From NCBI GenBank assembly GCA_951406725.2, contig OX597815.1:70060001-70124000 (forward strand): a DNA stretch of 64,000 bases, given 5' to 3'. The notes below the pieces were generated by a model. It was not told the DNA's origin and ran no database searches. It was given only the letters and a program-made list of their open reading frames with translations. Source of the stretch: Octopus vulgaris (lineage: Eukaryota). Both the position numbers and the translations under genes were made by a program. This document shows, in pieces, positions 52,101-63,337 of this stretch; position 1 is the first letter of the stretch; each line of letters opens with the position of its first letter.

Positions 52101-55100
52101 TAACCCATGCTAGTATGGAAAGCAGATGCTAAATGATGATGATATATACACACACATGTGTGTGTATATCTGTACACATGCACACATATATATATATCAA
52201 AACAAAAGACTGGAAAAATTTATTTGGTATGTTTTTAACTCTATGTTTTGATATATAATCACTCTGCAAATAGAATGCACAAGAATATTCAAATGCTTTG
52301 TATGCCTTGCTTAAAATAAAACATTTGCATACATACATTTGATTACTGTAAATGTGCTTCACGAGGACACTGCTTGGATTAACCCTTGGATAACCCCTTC
52401 TGTACATATATATAAATTTATATATATATAGGCTTGGAGAAGCCATTATGAAAGACTGCTAAATGTGGAGAATGAATGGGAGGAGGAGAGCCTGCCAAAT
52501 GTTGACCCAGTAGAGGGACCAGCTATCCCAATAGATAAAGTAATTAAGGGTATGAAGCCAGGAAAAGCCTCCGGCTCATCAGGAATCACTGCTGAGATGC
52601 TTAAAATATCTGGTGGTGTGGGCTATGGCCTAGTCACCCGTATTGTAAACCAGGTAGTTCATGATGGAGTCATACCCAATGACTGGCGTAGCAGCACCAT
52701 AGTCAACTGCTACAAGGGTAAAGATGATGCTCTAGATAGAAATAACTACAGGGGTATCAAACTGCTGGATCAGGTGATGAAGGTCACGGAGAGTGTCATA
52801 GCCCATTAGGGAGAGAGTCTGCTTAGATGAGATGCAGTTCGGTTTTGTGCCAGGTAGAAGCACCACTGATGCCATATTCCTGGTTCTACAACTGCAGGAG
52901 AAATACCTAGCTAAAGATAAACCCCTCTACTTAGCTTTTGTGGACCTGGAGAAAGGCTTTGACAGGGTCCCCTTATCCCTTATCTGGTGGGCGATGCAGA
53001 AACTGGAGATTTACGAATTGTTAATAAGGGCTGTACAGGCCCTATACAGAGAAGTTAGGATTGGCAATGAGTATAGTGAAGAATTCCGGGTAGAAGTAAG
53101 GGTCTACCAAGATTCAGCCCTCAGTCCCCTTTTATTCATCATAGTCCTCCAGGCAATAACAGAGGAATTCAAGACGGGTTGCCCCTGGGATCGCCTCTAT
53201 ACTGATGTCCTGGCCCTCATAGCAGAATCACTACCGGAAATAGAAAAGAAATTTCGGGTTTGGAAGCTAGGTTTAGAATCAAAACGCCTTAGAGTCAATG
53301 TAGCAAAGACCAAAGTTATAGTAAGTAGGAAGGCAAACTCATCACACACCCTGTCAGGTAGATGGCCCTGCTCGATCTGTAGAAAAGGTGTAGGTAGAAA
53401 CTCCATAAGATGTACCCAGTGTAATCTATGGACGCATAAGGGGTGCAGCAACATCAAAGGAAAATGAACCGAGAAGATAGCTTTCGGGTGTGGCAGATGC
53501 ACAGGGGCAATAGACGTTACAGATACTCAGAAAACAGATTCCATCACACTCCAGGGGTAAAAAACTAGAAGTAGTTGATAGCTTCTGCTACCTAGATGAC
53601 TCAGTTAGTAGTGGAGGTGGATGCTCAGAGAGTGTCACCACTAGAATAAGAATACCCTGAGAAAAGTTTAGAAAGCTTCTACCCCAACTTGTGACAAAGG
53701 GTCTCTCGCTGTTCAGCAAAAGAGACTGATAGAATAAGTACTAAGCTTAAATAAATATCCTGGGGTTGATTTGTTCATCTAAAATTCTTCAAGGCACCAC
53801 CTTGATGCAAGTAAAAGATAAAAGTTATGTATATAAATTTGCATGCACACACATGCACTCTCTCTCTCTCTCTCTCTCTCTGTTTTGAGCTGGCGGGGTG
53901 AGTCTTGTCTTGCAAGTACTTGATGTTCTCACATAGCTCGTACACTCTGGACTGGAGGCTTTGCTGCTTTTGTTCCAGCTTTTTGTATTCTGAGTTCAAA
54001 GTCCATCATCACTTGGTTTAACACCACCACCTGGCACATCAAGTTTCTTTAGCTGAGTTCACTCTGTTGCAAGCATTTGGGCCACATTTCTGGTTTGAGA
54101 ATACTTCTCTCCCTTCTTTCTACCACTCTTGGAGGATCTATAAAGGATCATGGGCATTATCTTCACTCAAGACTAAAAAATTTTTAAAAACTTGTTGACA
54201 TTATGACAAATTGCTCTGTGCCTTAAGAGATCTGTGAAATAAATTCCTTACTTGAAAAAAAAAAAAGATAAGTATTGGTGACAGGAAGAGCATCAAGTTG
54301 TAAAACCCGGCCTCAAATACATCCCATCAAATATACGCTAGCATTGAAAAAAATAGATGTTAAACAAATGAACAATAGTTACAAATTGCCTTCATAAAGT
54401 TTTTGTTATTTTGATTGTTAATAAACATAATTAGTATGCCTTCTTTTGGATCATATGGTGGACTCACTTGTTGCTTCAATGATTGAGGGTTCAACAAGGT
54501 ATAGCTACATAGATTGGTGCTAGTCTTGGTTTGCTGCACAGCCTGCATGATGAATTTTATTATAGTGGGTGTGGTTTGTGCAGATCCAGTCTTAATCTCT
54601 CGTCCTCTTGTATTAGTCTGGTGCAACAAATTCCATGAGCCCAGCAGTTACTGGGATACAGGATTTCTATGGAGTTACCTTCTCTTAGATGAGCAGTTCA
54701 AGAGCTGAAGGGCCTCGTTTGCCTTGGGTCTATTGGGTGTTAGTTGTCTGTGAGGCTCCTTCATCCAGAGGCAATTATATGACATACTAATTAATCCATA
54801 GCTGGAACCCTGATGCTACTACTCCAGATCAGAATAGACATGGAAATATTAGTGGCTAAGAAGTGGTTCCACACTTCTCTAAATCCTGAAAGTTCTAAAC
54901 CAGGGCTTCAATACTGGATACAGATTGAAGTTGTACCCAGGCCATGGATCATAGTAATGAAAACTAATGTTAAGACATACCAATATATTTGTCCACTTTT
55001 ATATCAACTCTGCTACTTATTTACCGTTTTTTTACTATTAAAGCAGTGGAATCTTGTAATATATTCTATAATATATTTTGAATGTCTATAGTTTTGTGAT

Positions 55101-56877
55101 GTTTTATAAGATGCTTAGAGTTTCAATTGCCAACTTACATATTCTTTTTCAATTCTAGTTAGAGAAATTTCAGGAGTGTTTGGAATTTTGCAAAGTGAAG
55201 GACCCAAATTTAGCCAAGAAAGAACTTGGATTATTACGAAAGCATGACAGCAGGGAAGAAATAAGATTATCAGCTGAAGAGAAGGAACTTCATTTGGACA
55301 AATTTAAGGTTTTGTTTTATTTATTAACTTTTTTGTTTCCCCCTCTTTGGATTTATTCAAAAGCATTTAACTTTGTGGTTTTGATTCCCTGACCAGTGGT
55401 GTTTTGTGTTCTTGATCAAAACACTTAATTTCATATTGCCCAGTCCACACAGCTGTAATAAGTTCTAGCAGTAACTGGGATGACATCCCATACAGCAGAG
55501 AGTGTTGTAATCTCAGTCACTTACACAATGGAAACTGGATTAAACTATTACCTGATGAGTCATGGAGCTCATGGCTGACCTTGGGTTTATTTAATCTTTA
55601 GCTTGAAATATCACTTGTCCACTTGAAACAAGTGATACCACTAACTCTACAACTAAGGGAATCAAAGAGAAAATATTTAACCCATTAGCCTTTAAACCAG
55701 CCATATTCTACTTGTTTAATACTCAAACTGGACAAATACAGCCTCTCCCACCTATCCTATAATGTCATTCTAAAACTAAACAATGACATAGTTGACATCT
55801 CAAAGCTGTGAGATAATGCATGATTAATTCAAAATAATGTGAATAAATAAGCATTATATTTGACGGAATAATCTTAATGCTAAAGGGTTAAAATTAAATT
55901 AGTAACAGCTGCTTTAACACTTAAAGTTTATTGAAAGGGAAAAATATAAATTTGGTACCTCAGATGATTTAACTTTTGTTAACTGAAATACTCTGGCTTT
56001 GTATTGAAAAGAACAAAGAATTCAGAAAATGACAAAGATGGCATTTGGAACATAAATTATGAAATGCTGATAGACGGTTTTTTAATTTAGATCACTCAAA
56101 CCTTTTTGTTTCCATATTTCTGTTGAATTACACTGCCCTTGTTTCAATTAATTTTGATAATAATAATAATAAATAATTTATTATTAAAATTATTTCAGTA
56201 AATAATTTTGCCTTTATAAAACTGGTGTTTGAGACATAAATTAACATGGAATTTAGAGATAAGATTTTAATTTAGATGATTTTAAATTTAAATTAATTGG
56301 AAGTCTGTATCAAGTGATCTTATGTGGTGGGTTGTTATCAAAAGCTTTAATTGACTTCGATATTTTTAATTTCATTTCGTTAAATATTTCACCTATTCAT
56401 TAAATTATGTACATCCCTACGTTAACATCTTTTCATTTCTACCTGCAGACGTTGTTTGAACAACTCACTGCTGGAGGTTATGTTGTCGAAAACTGCGATC
56501 AATTTGAAAAAGAAGTAGACAGTATTGTCAACACAGAGTTACCGGCCCTTGAACAGGCAGATATTGACCAACAGGTCAGTAACTTCTCTCTATGGACCAA
56601 AGAACGAAGTCGTTTGTTACAGGAACAAATTGATGCTTACCAAAGAGCAGCCAAACGGAAAGAGATCGAAACTAAACTACTCGAGATTCAAGAGAAAGAA
56701 GAAATCCTGACATTTTTTGAAAGGAAACATGAATTGCAACTTGCTGTTCTAATTGGCGAGAAGAAACAGGGGCAAATTAGTCCGTCTCTTTCCAAGGAGA
56801 AATCCTTGGAAGATGAACTTATTTATGATGAACAATTTAAAAAGACCAAAGAGCCTAGTAAGAAAAAGAAACGATGA
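36711..56877 (+). CDS. MRPS27: Mitochondrial small ribosomal subunit protein mS27 (28S ribosomal protein S27), 10 coding exons: 36711-36792, 41407-41493, 42799-42869, 44230-44294, 45323-45437, 47324-47402, 48971-49134, 51708-51953, 55159-55308, 56449-56877; 495 aa
   Basis: Hand-spliced exons join in frame through GT-AG introns (1488 nt including stop). Motifs match MRPS27 as I recall it: RHLLSDAY..KWEER, LYRFRHS, YGIFPDFPTSNILMDHFIK, AYEMMLQEDF...LLSLY, invertebrate-type KYMNKPYYDDHFD, SLQTYGFALY, EQADI. The N-terminus is Arg/Ser-rich and acid-free, like a mitochondrial presequence. Confidence 0.93.
39880..40150 (+). repeat. Tandem array of ~11 degenerate 24-bp units (gccacataaaagcgcccatgtgat) attached to an RTE 3' end
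   Basis: Units visible directly; the last unit runs into the RTE tail 40150-40308. Confidence 0.85.
41407..41493 (+). CDS. MRPS27: MRPS27 exon 2 (VCRHLLSDAYQCQTKWEERMNSQELQVPC)
   Basis: ttgcag acceptor, gtaagt donor; RxLLSxAY..KWExR motif. Confidence 0.92.
41552..41756 (+). mobile_element. piggyBac-like TTAA MITE (~210 bp), copy 1
   Basis: ttaaccctttagcatt ... aatgctgaagggttga; same internal sequence as 49263 and 55677. Confidence 0.8.
42799..42869 (+). CDS. MRPS27: MRPS27 exon 3 (NDFLYKLAEKAEKEKNISFVDIDI)
   Basis: cattgcag acceptor, gtaagt donor; phase 1 to 0. Confidence 0.88.
44230..44294 (+). CDS. MRPS27: MRPS27 exon 4 (LANKVDELEASDIKKVEKLLYR)
   Basis: ttttatag acceptor, gtaagc donor; phase 0 to 2. 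Confidence 0.88.
45323..45437 (+). CDS. MRPS27: MRPS27 exon 5 (FRHSVDAANITDSLATSLARGYLKLGLAENYLSLMKKK)
   Basis: aaacag acceptor, gtaagt donor; LYRFRHS motif spans the junction. Confidence 0.9.
46938..47017. repeat. Perfect 17-bp minisatellite aatgttgacattatgac x4.7
   Basis: Read directly. Confidence 0.95.
47324..47402 (+). CDS. MRPS27: MRPS27 exon 6 (IAYGIFPDFPTSNILMDHFIKTGKYG; PPR motif)
   Basis: ttccaacag acceptor, gtaagc donor; YGIFPD..NxLMDxFIK motif. Confidence 0.93.
48971..49134 (+). CDS. MRPS27: MRPS27 exon 7 (CAAQIAYEMMLQEDFSHRSTLLLSLYSC...EVEVE)
   Basis: aacag acceptor, gtatgt donor; EMMLQE motif. Confidence 0.92.
49263..49483 (+). mobile_element. piggyBac-like TTAA MITE, copy 2, nested in a SINE
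   Basis: ttaacccttcagcgtt ... aatgctaagggatta; the SINE resumes with ggcaagtgtc. Confidence 0.8.
51708..51953 (+). CDS. MRPS27: MRPS27 exon 8 (EIWVKVKYMNKPYYDDHFD...LYKSA)
   Basis: attctag acceptor, gtaagt donor; 82 open codons. Confidence 0.93.
52431..53710 (+). mobile_element. Internal RT fragment of an RTE LINE in MRPS27 intron 8 (sense orientation)
   Basis: NYRGIKLL, QFGFVPGRSTTDAIF, AFVDLEKGFDRV, SPLLF, PHD-like CSIC..CTQC..H..C; stops and frameshifts; same family as the 57-60 kb copy. Confidence 0.93.
55159..55308 (+). CDS. MRPS27: MRPS27 exon 9 (LEKFQECLEFCKVKDPNLAKK...LDKFK)
   Basis: aattctag acceptor, AAG|gttttg donor; 50 open codons, phase 0. Confidence 0.85.
55677..55891 (+). 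mobile_element. piggyBac-like TTAA MITE, copy 3
   Basis: ttaacccattagc ... aatgctaaagggttaa; TTAA on both sides. Confidence 0.85.
56449..56877 (+). CDS. MRPS27: MRPS27 last exon (TLFEQLTAGGY...KKKKR stop)
   Basis: acctgcag acceptor; 142 codons to TGA; coiled-coil-like tail; AATAAA about 60 nt after the stop. Confidence 0.92.
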   Translation, partial: TLFEQLTAGGYVVENCDQFEKEVDSIVNTELPALEQADIDQQVSNFSLWTKERSRLLQEQIDAYQRAAKRKEIETKLLEIQEKEEILTFFERKHELQLAVLIGEKKQGQISPSLSKEKSLEDELIYDEQFKKTKEPSKKKKR

Positions 56878-56936
56878 AATATTTGGCATTTTCATTTGTC
56901 TGTTGAAGTTTATTATCTGTTGCTAGTAGTTTTTCA

Positions 56937-56942
56937 AATAAA
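56937..56942 (+). terminator. Polyadenylation signal AATAAA of MRPS27
   Basis: First AATAAA after the stop codon, preceded by a U-rich 3' UTR. Confidence 0.6.
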
Positions 56943-56991
56943 AAAAAAAGCATTATTTCCGAGTCTTACTTGACTTTCTGGCAACTGACAT

Positions 56992-59900
56992 CATCATCAT
57001 CATCATCGTTTAACGTCCGTTCTCCATGCTAGCATGGGTTGGACGGTTCGACCGGGAATCTGGGAAGCCAGAAGGCTGCACCAGGCTCCAGTCTTATCTG
57101 GCAATGTTTCTACAGCTGGATGCCCTTCCTAACGCCAACCACTCGGCGAGTGTAGTGGGTGCATTTTACGTGCCACCCGCACAGGTGCCAGGTGAGGCTG
57201 GCAACGGCCACGGCCACGGTCGGCGCTGGCATCGGCCACGATTCGGATAGTGCTTTTTTACGTACCACCAGTCCAGGGGTCCTGGCATCTGCCGGGTGCC
57301 AGTCATAGGATTGGTTCAATTTCGATTTCACTTGCCCCAACATGTCTTCGCAAGCAAAGGGGGTTGGCATGGGTGCCTGTCGTCGGATGAGGTTCGATAT
57401 CGACTTCGCTTGCCTCAACAGGTCTTTGTGTCCAAGGGAGGAAAGGCATGCATAAGTGGGCTGGGCTCACTTGTCCTGCCTGGTCTTCTCACGTACAGCA
57501 TATTTCCAAAGGTCTCGGTCGCTGGTCATTTCCTCAGTGAGGCCTAAAGTTCGAAGGTCGTGCTTCACCACCTCGTCCCAGGTTTTCCTGGGTCTACCTC
57601 TTCCACGGGTTCCCTCAACTGCTAGGGATTGGCACTTTTCACACACCTATCTTCATCCATTCTCGCCACATGACCATACCAGCGCAATCGTCTTTCTTGC
57701 ACACCACAACTGATGCTTCTTAGGTACAACATTTCTCTCAAGGTACTAACGCTCTGTCGAGTATGTACACTGACATTACACATCCATCGGAGCATACTGG
57801 CTTCATTCCTCGCGAGCTTACGCATGTCCTCAGCAGTCACGGCCCATGTTTCACTGCCATGTAGCATGGCTGTTCGTACACATGCATCATACAGTCTGCC
57901 TTTTACTCTGAGCGAGAGGCCTTTAGTCACCAGCAGAGGTAAGAGCTCCCTAAACTTTGCCCAGGCTATTCTTATTCTAGCAGTTACACTTTCAATGCAC
58001 CCACCCCCACTACTGACTTGGTCACCTAGATAACGGAAGCTATCAACTACTTCTAGTTTTTCCCCTGGAAAGTGACGGAAGTTGTTTTCTGCAGATTTTC
58101 GGAGGTTAATGCTCCCGAGCATCTGCCACATACAAAAACTATCTTCCCAGTTAGCCTACCTTTGACATTGCTGCACCTCTTATGTGTCCATAGCTTACAC
58201 TGGGTACATCTTATAGAGTTTCTACCTACACCTTTTCTACAGATCGAGCAGGGCCATCTTCCTGAAGACATTTGTGGATTGTCTACCTTCCTACTTATTA
58301 GTACTTTGGTTTTAGCTAGGTTGACTCTAAGGCCCCTCGATTCTAAACCCTCCTTCCACACCTGGAACTTCTCCTCCAGTTCTGATAGTGACTCAGCAAT
58401 TAGAGCAAGGTCGTCAGCATAGAGGAGCTCCCAGGGGCAACCTGTCTTGAATTCCTCCGTAATTGCCTGGAGGACTATGATAAATAGGAGGGGGCTGAGT
58501 ACTGAACCCTGGTGGACCCCAACCTCTACTTTGAATTCTTCTGTGTACATGTTGCCAACCCTAACCTTACTTACGGCATCTCTGTACATGGCTTGCACAG
58601 CCCTCACCAGCCATTCATCTATCCCTAGTTTCCTCATTGACCACCAGATAAGGGATCGGGGGACCCTGTCAAAGGCTTTCTCCATGTCAACGAAAGCCAG
58701 GTACAGGGGCTTATCTTTGGCTAGGTATTTCTCCTGCAGCTGCCTTACCAGAATATAGCATCAGTGGTACTTTTCCCTGGCACGAACCCAAACTGCATCT
58801 CATCTAAACTAACTCTCTCTCTAATTAGTTGGGCTATGACCCTCTCCGTAACCTTCATTACCTGATCCAACAGCTTGATACCTCTGTAATTATTTGTATC
58901 TAGGGCATCACCTTTACCTTTGTAGCAGTTGACTAGTATGCTGCTACACCAGTCATTGGGTATGACTCCTTCGTGTATCACCTGGTTGACTATATGGGTG
59001 ACTAGGTTATAGCCGACACTGCCAGATATTTTGAGCATCTCTGCAGTAATTCCTGATGGGCTTGGGGCTTTCCTGTCTTCATGCTTCTAATTGCTTTAAC
59101 TACCAAAGAATTTTCAACTCGGATGGCTGGTCCCTCTGTTGGGTTGACATTCGGCAGACTCTCTTTATCCCATTCATTTTCTTTATTCAGCAACCTTTCA
59201 TAGTGGCATCTCCAAACCTCTCTCTTTGCATCCTCATTTAGCGCAAGTGAACCATCATCCATGCGGAACACACTTCTCTCCTACCACATCACGATTCTCT
59301 CTCACACACTGTCTTGCAACACGAAATACCTCAAGTCTTTCATCCTCACGGCTCAGAACATTGGCAAATTTTTTCTTATCCGCTTCCCCTCTGGCTAAAT
59401 AAACCTGTCTCCTAGCTTCCCTTCTGGCTGTCTGATACAATTCCCTGCTACCACCGTTCTTCCAGTCCTTCCAAGCCTGTCTCTTTTGTCTAATAGCCCT
59501 GTCAACCACAGTGTTCCACCACCACGTTACTCTGGGTCGAGATGGTACTTTGCTCCATCCACAGATCTGGTCAGTGGCTGTCAGCAGATTGTCCCGTAGA
59601 AATCTCCAGTTGTCTTCCACATTAAGTGAAGCTATATCCCCTTCTATTTCGTCAAAGGCTTCAAGTAGTATGTCTCTAAATCTCTGTCCATTTGCAGGAT
59701 CTTTAAGCTTCCAGGCCCTTCTCCTCCAAGCTGGTCTTCTTCTGGGCAACCATTTAGCTCTGATCCTGAAGTCGCTAACTACTAATCTATGTTGAGGAGT
59801 ACATTCTTCGCCTGGAAAGGTTTTGGCATTTATAAGCAGCCCTCTTTCCCTTTTTCTGGCAAGGATGTAGTCAATCTGGCTAGTGTGTCTGCCAGAACGG

Positions 59901-60165
59901 TAGGTGACTAGGTGAGAGGTGGGTTTCCTGAAGTTGGTATTGCAGACCATAAGATCATTTGCATTGCAGAACTCCAGCAGCCTGGTTCCCTCCTAATTAT
60001 GAGAGCCAAATCCGTAGCCTCCATGAACGCCATGGAAGCCCCCGACATGCCGTCCAACATGTCCATTGAAATTACCTGCCATGAAGAGAAGGTCACTGTC
60101 ATTTGTCAACGAGGTAGTCCGCAATAGGGTGTCATAGAATTGGTCTTTTTGTCCTTCCGGTAGCC
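56992..60165 (-). mobile_element. Young 5'-truncated RTE LINE (APE + RT + PHD-like finger + 3' UTR with (GAT)n tail)
   Basis: AGNFNGHVG, SQIDYIL, PQHRLV, WWWN, NYRGIKLL, GVHQGSVLSPLLF, YADD, FRYLG, RRLRWYGHV; candidate target duplication ctgacat at 56985-56991 and 60166-60172. Confidence 0.95.
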
Positions 60166-61554
60166 CTGACATGATTGGAAACCGCGTTGTTGAAATTGGA
60201 ACAATTACAACATGGAGGAACCATTTAAGCCATTGGAAAACTCACAAAACTATTGCTTTTCATTTATTTCTCATCATCATCAACAACAACCCCTGAACTT
60301 TCAGTCTAAGACTCATGGGGCCAGTTATTCAGTTTCCATGATGAATAAGTGGCAGAGCTCACAACATTACCCCTGAATGAAATGCCAGGGTCACTCATCT
60401 ACAGTAGCAGATGGACTGTGACAACATGAAATTCAGTGTTTTGCTCAAGAACACAATGCACTACCCAGTCTGAGAATTGAAACCACGATATTGTGATAGT
60501 GAGTGACAACACTTTAATCACTAGGATTAGTCAAAATGTTGGAATTTTCATCTATAAACAGGATGCAAAGATTCAATGAAAATCTTTGGCTCTTCAAGAA
60601 ATATATGGAATGGAATTAGGTTTAGCTTTACCTCTGAAAAGTCAGCATCAAGTCTGTATGTATATTCAAGGTGTGCTACTTGTGTCATACAGGTGTGACT
60701 GTTTGGTTAAGAAGTTTGCTTCCCAAACACATGGTTTCAGGTTCATTCCCACTGTGTGGCTCCTTGAGTAACTGTCTTCTACTATAGTCCCAGACTGGTC
60801 AAAACCTTGTGAGTAGATATGGTAAATGGAAACTGAAAGAAGTCTGTCATATACATATGTGTTTATATCTTTGTATCTCCTTGTCTTGACATTGCATGAT
60901 AGTTGTAAATGAGTATCAGTCATACAAGTAGTGTTGTTCATTTCCAATATTCTGCAAAAATCATGTCTGGCCAAGGAGAAATATTACCTTTCTTGGAAGC
61001 AGGTGAGGATTGGTGACAGGAAGGGCATAAGTAAATTCTATCCAACCCATAAGAGCATGGAAAAGGGAACATTAAAATAATGATGGTGATGAGTCAGGAA
61101 AGAAGGCAGTGACCATGAGTGTTTTAAAGGATTTCAAAAGTGGTTGGTGGGAGGGAGAGAGGAAGGAATCCTTAATCAAAGAATGTTTGCGAAGGAATGG
61201 ATTCTCCTAAAACACTGAGAGACCAGTTGTTAGACCAAATGAGAGATAAAGTCAACCTAACACCCAAACTAATATGTTTCTACTCTGTTCCCATGTACAG
61301 GTTTTTCTGTTTGGTTAAGAGGCTCACTTTCCAGTTACATGGTTTTAGGTTCAATACAACTACACTGCACCTTGGACAAATGACTTCTACTATAGTCATG
61401 GGCTGACTAATATCTTGTGAGTGAATTTGGTACACACAAAATGTACTTATATGTGTGTGTGTGAATTTATATGTATATGTGTGTCAATGTTTACTTACAT
61501 TCTGCGAGTTGCATGAGAATGTTGCATTGACGAAAAAACAAACAGATTAAGGAT

Positions 61555-62110
61555 GGGAAAATATGGGATGGCCCTGGACCATCAGGAATCACTGCCAATA
61601 TGCTTAAAATATCTGGTGGAATAAGACACAGCATTGTCACTTCACTTATATAGTAAATCAGGTTATTCAGAAAGGTGTCATCCCCAATGATTGGTGTAGT
61701 AGCATTATAGTTAGCTACTAGAAAAGTAAAGGTGATGTCTTAGGTTGAAACAATTACAGAGGTATAAAATTGCTGGACCAGGTCATTAAAGTTACACAGA
61801 TTTAAAGCCCAATTGATTAGAAATAGAATTAAACTAGAAGAAATTCAAGTTTGGCTTTCTGCCAAGGAAGAGTACAACAAAGGCCATCCTTCTTATGAGA
61901 TAGCTGCAGGATAAGTATCTAGCCAAAAATAAACTATTGAACTTGGCTTTTGTCAACCTGGAGAAAGCTTTCAACAGAGTCTCTTACTCTGTTATCTGGT
62001 GGTCTCTAAATAAATTAGAAGTAGACAAAAGGCTTGTTAGAGCCATAAAAGTCATATATAGGAGTGCTTTAATAGGGTGAGAGTTGGCCATGAGTACAGT
62101 GATGAATTTA
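61555..62110 (+). mobile_element. Highly decayed RTE RT fragment (N-terminal half)
   Basis: GPSGITANMLKISGG, PNDWCSSIIV, NYRGIKLLDQV, LAFVNLEKAFNRV. Confidence 0.85.
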
Positions 62111-62289
62111 GAACAAGATAGCAATGATACAGTTGGTAGTGGGTGGGGGCAGGAGAGAGAGGACAGTGGGAGGAGAGACAAACATTGTGCATGAAAAAGA
62201 GATGTTTGGTTCATAGGAGTGGGGTGTGTATATTAATGTTATGTGTGGGTGAAATTCATAGCTCTTCTTATGTATCCTTAGTGTTTATT

Positions 62290-62632
62290 GTTTCTGTGCA
62301 TGTCATACAAAGATGACTTTCTCTGTTAACCTACCTATGATTCCACTGCTCTTCTGATGTGTCCATAATATACACTGGGTGCAACAGACAGAATTCTTTC
62401 CAACACCCTTCTTACATATTGAACAGGGCCTTTTACCTCAGGGAAAGACAGTCTTATATATTTTCTTGTTAACAACTTTGGTCTTCACTAGGTTAACTTT
62501 AAGGTCCTTTGATTCCAGGTTTTGCTTCCATACCTGAAAGTTATTTTCCAATTCTGCTTTAAAACCAAAGTCATCAGCATATAGTAGTTTCTATGGACAG
62601 CCACCTTTAAATTCTTGTTATGGCCTGGATGA
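62290..62632 (-). mobile_element. Highly decayed RTE RT fragment (C-terminal half, inverted)
   Basis: Minus strand reads IIQAIT..GCP.KLLYADD, KVNLVKTKV, PCSICKKGVGKNSVCCTQCILWTH. Confidence 0.8.
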
Positions 62633-62667
62633 TCTCAGTCCTCTCTTGTTCATCATCATCATCATCA

Positions 62668-63337
62668 TGAATGAACCTGTTTTGGACCAAATAGTGACTG
62701 GTGACAATAAATGGGTTCTCTAAAAATGTCAGGCACCAAAGACAGTGGGTAGGGAAAGGAGAAACACTGGCACCCCAGGCTAAAGAAGGGTCTTCACGCT
62801 CTTTGGTGGGATATGAAAAGTTTAGTCCACTTTAAACTTTTACGCCCAAACCAAATAATAACAAAGGAGATCTATTGCAAGCAACCTGAGTGGCTTAAGT
62901 AAATGCTAGAAGAAAAACGACCATCTTTGGTTTCAAGATGAAGGTATTCTTCCATCAGGATAATGCTCAGCCACATACAGCAAGGATGATATTCCAAAAG
63001 CTGGAGCAGTTTGAATGGGAGACAATGCCCCACCCACCATATTTGCCAGACATTGCCCCATCTGATTTTCATTTATTGCACAGTCTTCAAAATCATATGG
63101 ACAGAAAAAATATGAATTCTGTAGATAAGGTCAGAACAGTACTGGAGGAGTATTTTTCATCATGGAGAAGGTGAATTTTGGGAGAGGAGCCTTGTAAGTT
63201 TACCAGATAGATGAAAGAGCATTGTAGAAAATGAAGGAGAGTATATTTTAGATTAAAAAAGAACTTTGTTTATCTTAATTTTGAAAAATAAAAGGAGTGT
63301 AAAAAAAACTACATTATTTTATGGGATGAACCAATTA
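62668..63337 (+). mobile_element. Decayed mariner (DD34D) transposon, 3' part with right TIR
   Basis: IVTGDNKWV, WWDMK, FHQDNAQPH-(D34D)-HPPYLPDIAPSDFHL, GEYILD; TIR-like cattattttatgggatgaaccaat followed by TA. Confidence 0.92.

Noticed and set aside
61555-62632. Twin-priming inversion
   Set aside because: Twin priming gives divergent halves joined at their 5' sides; these halves are convergent
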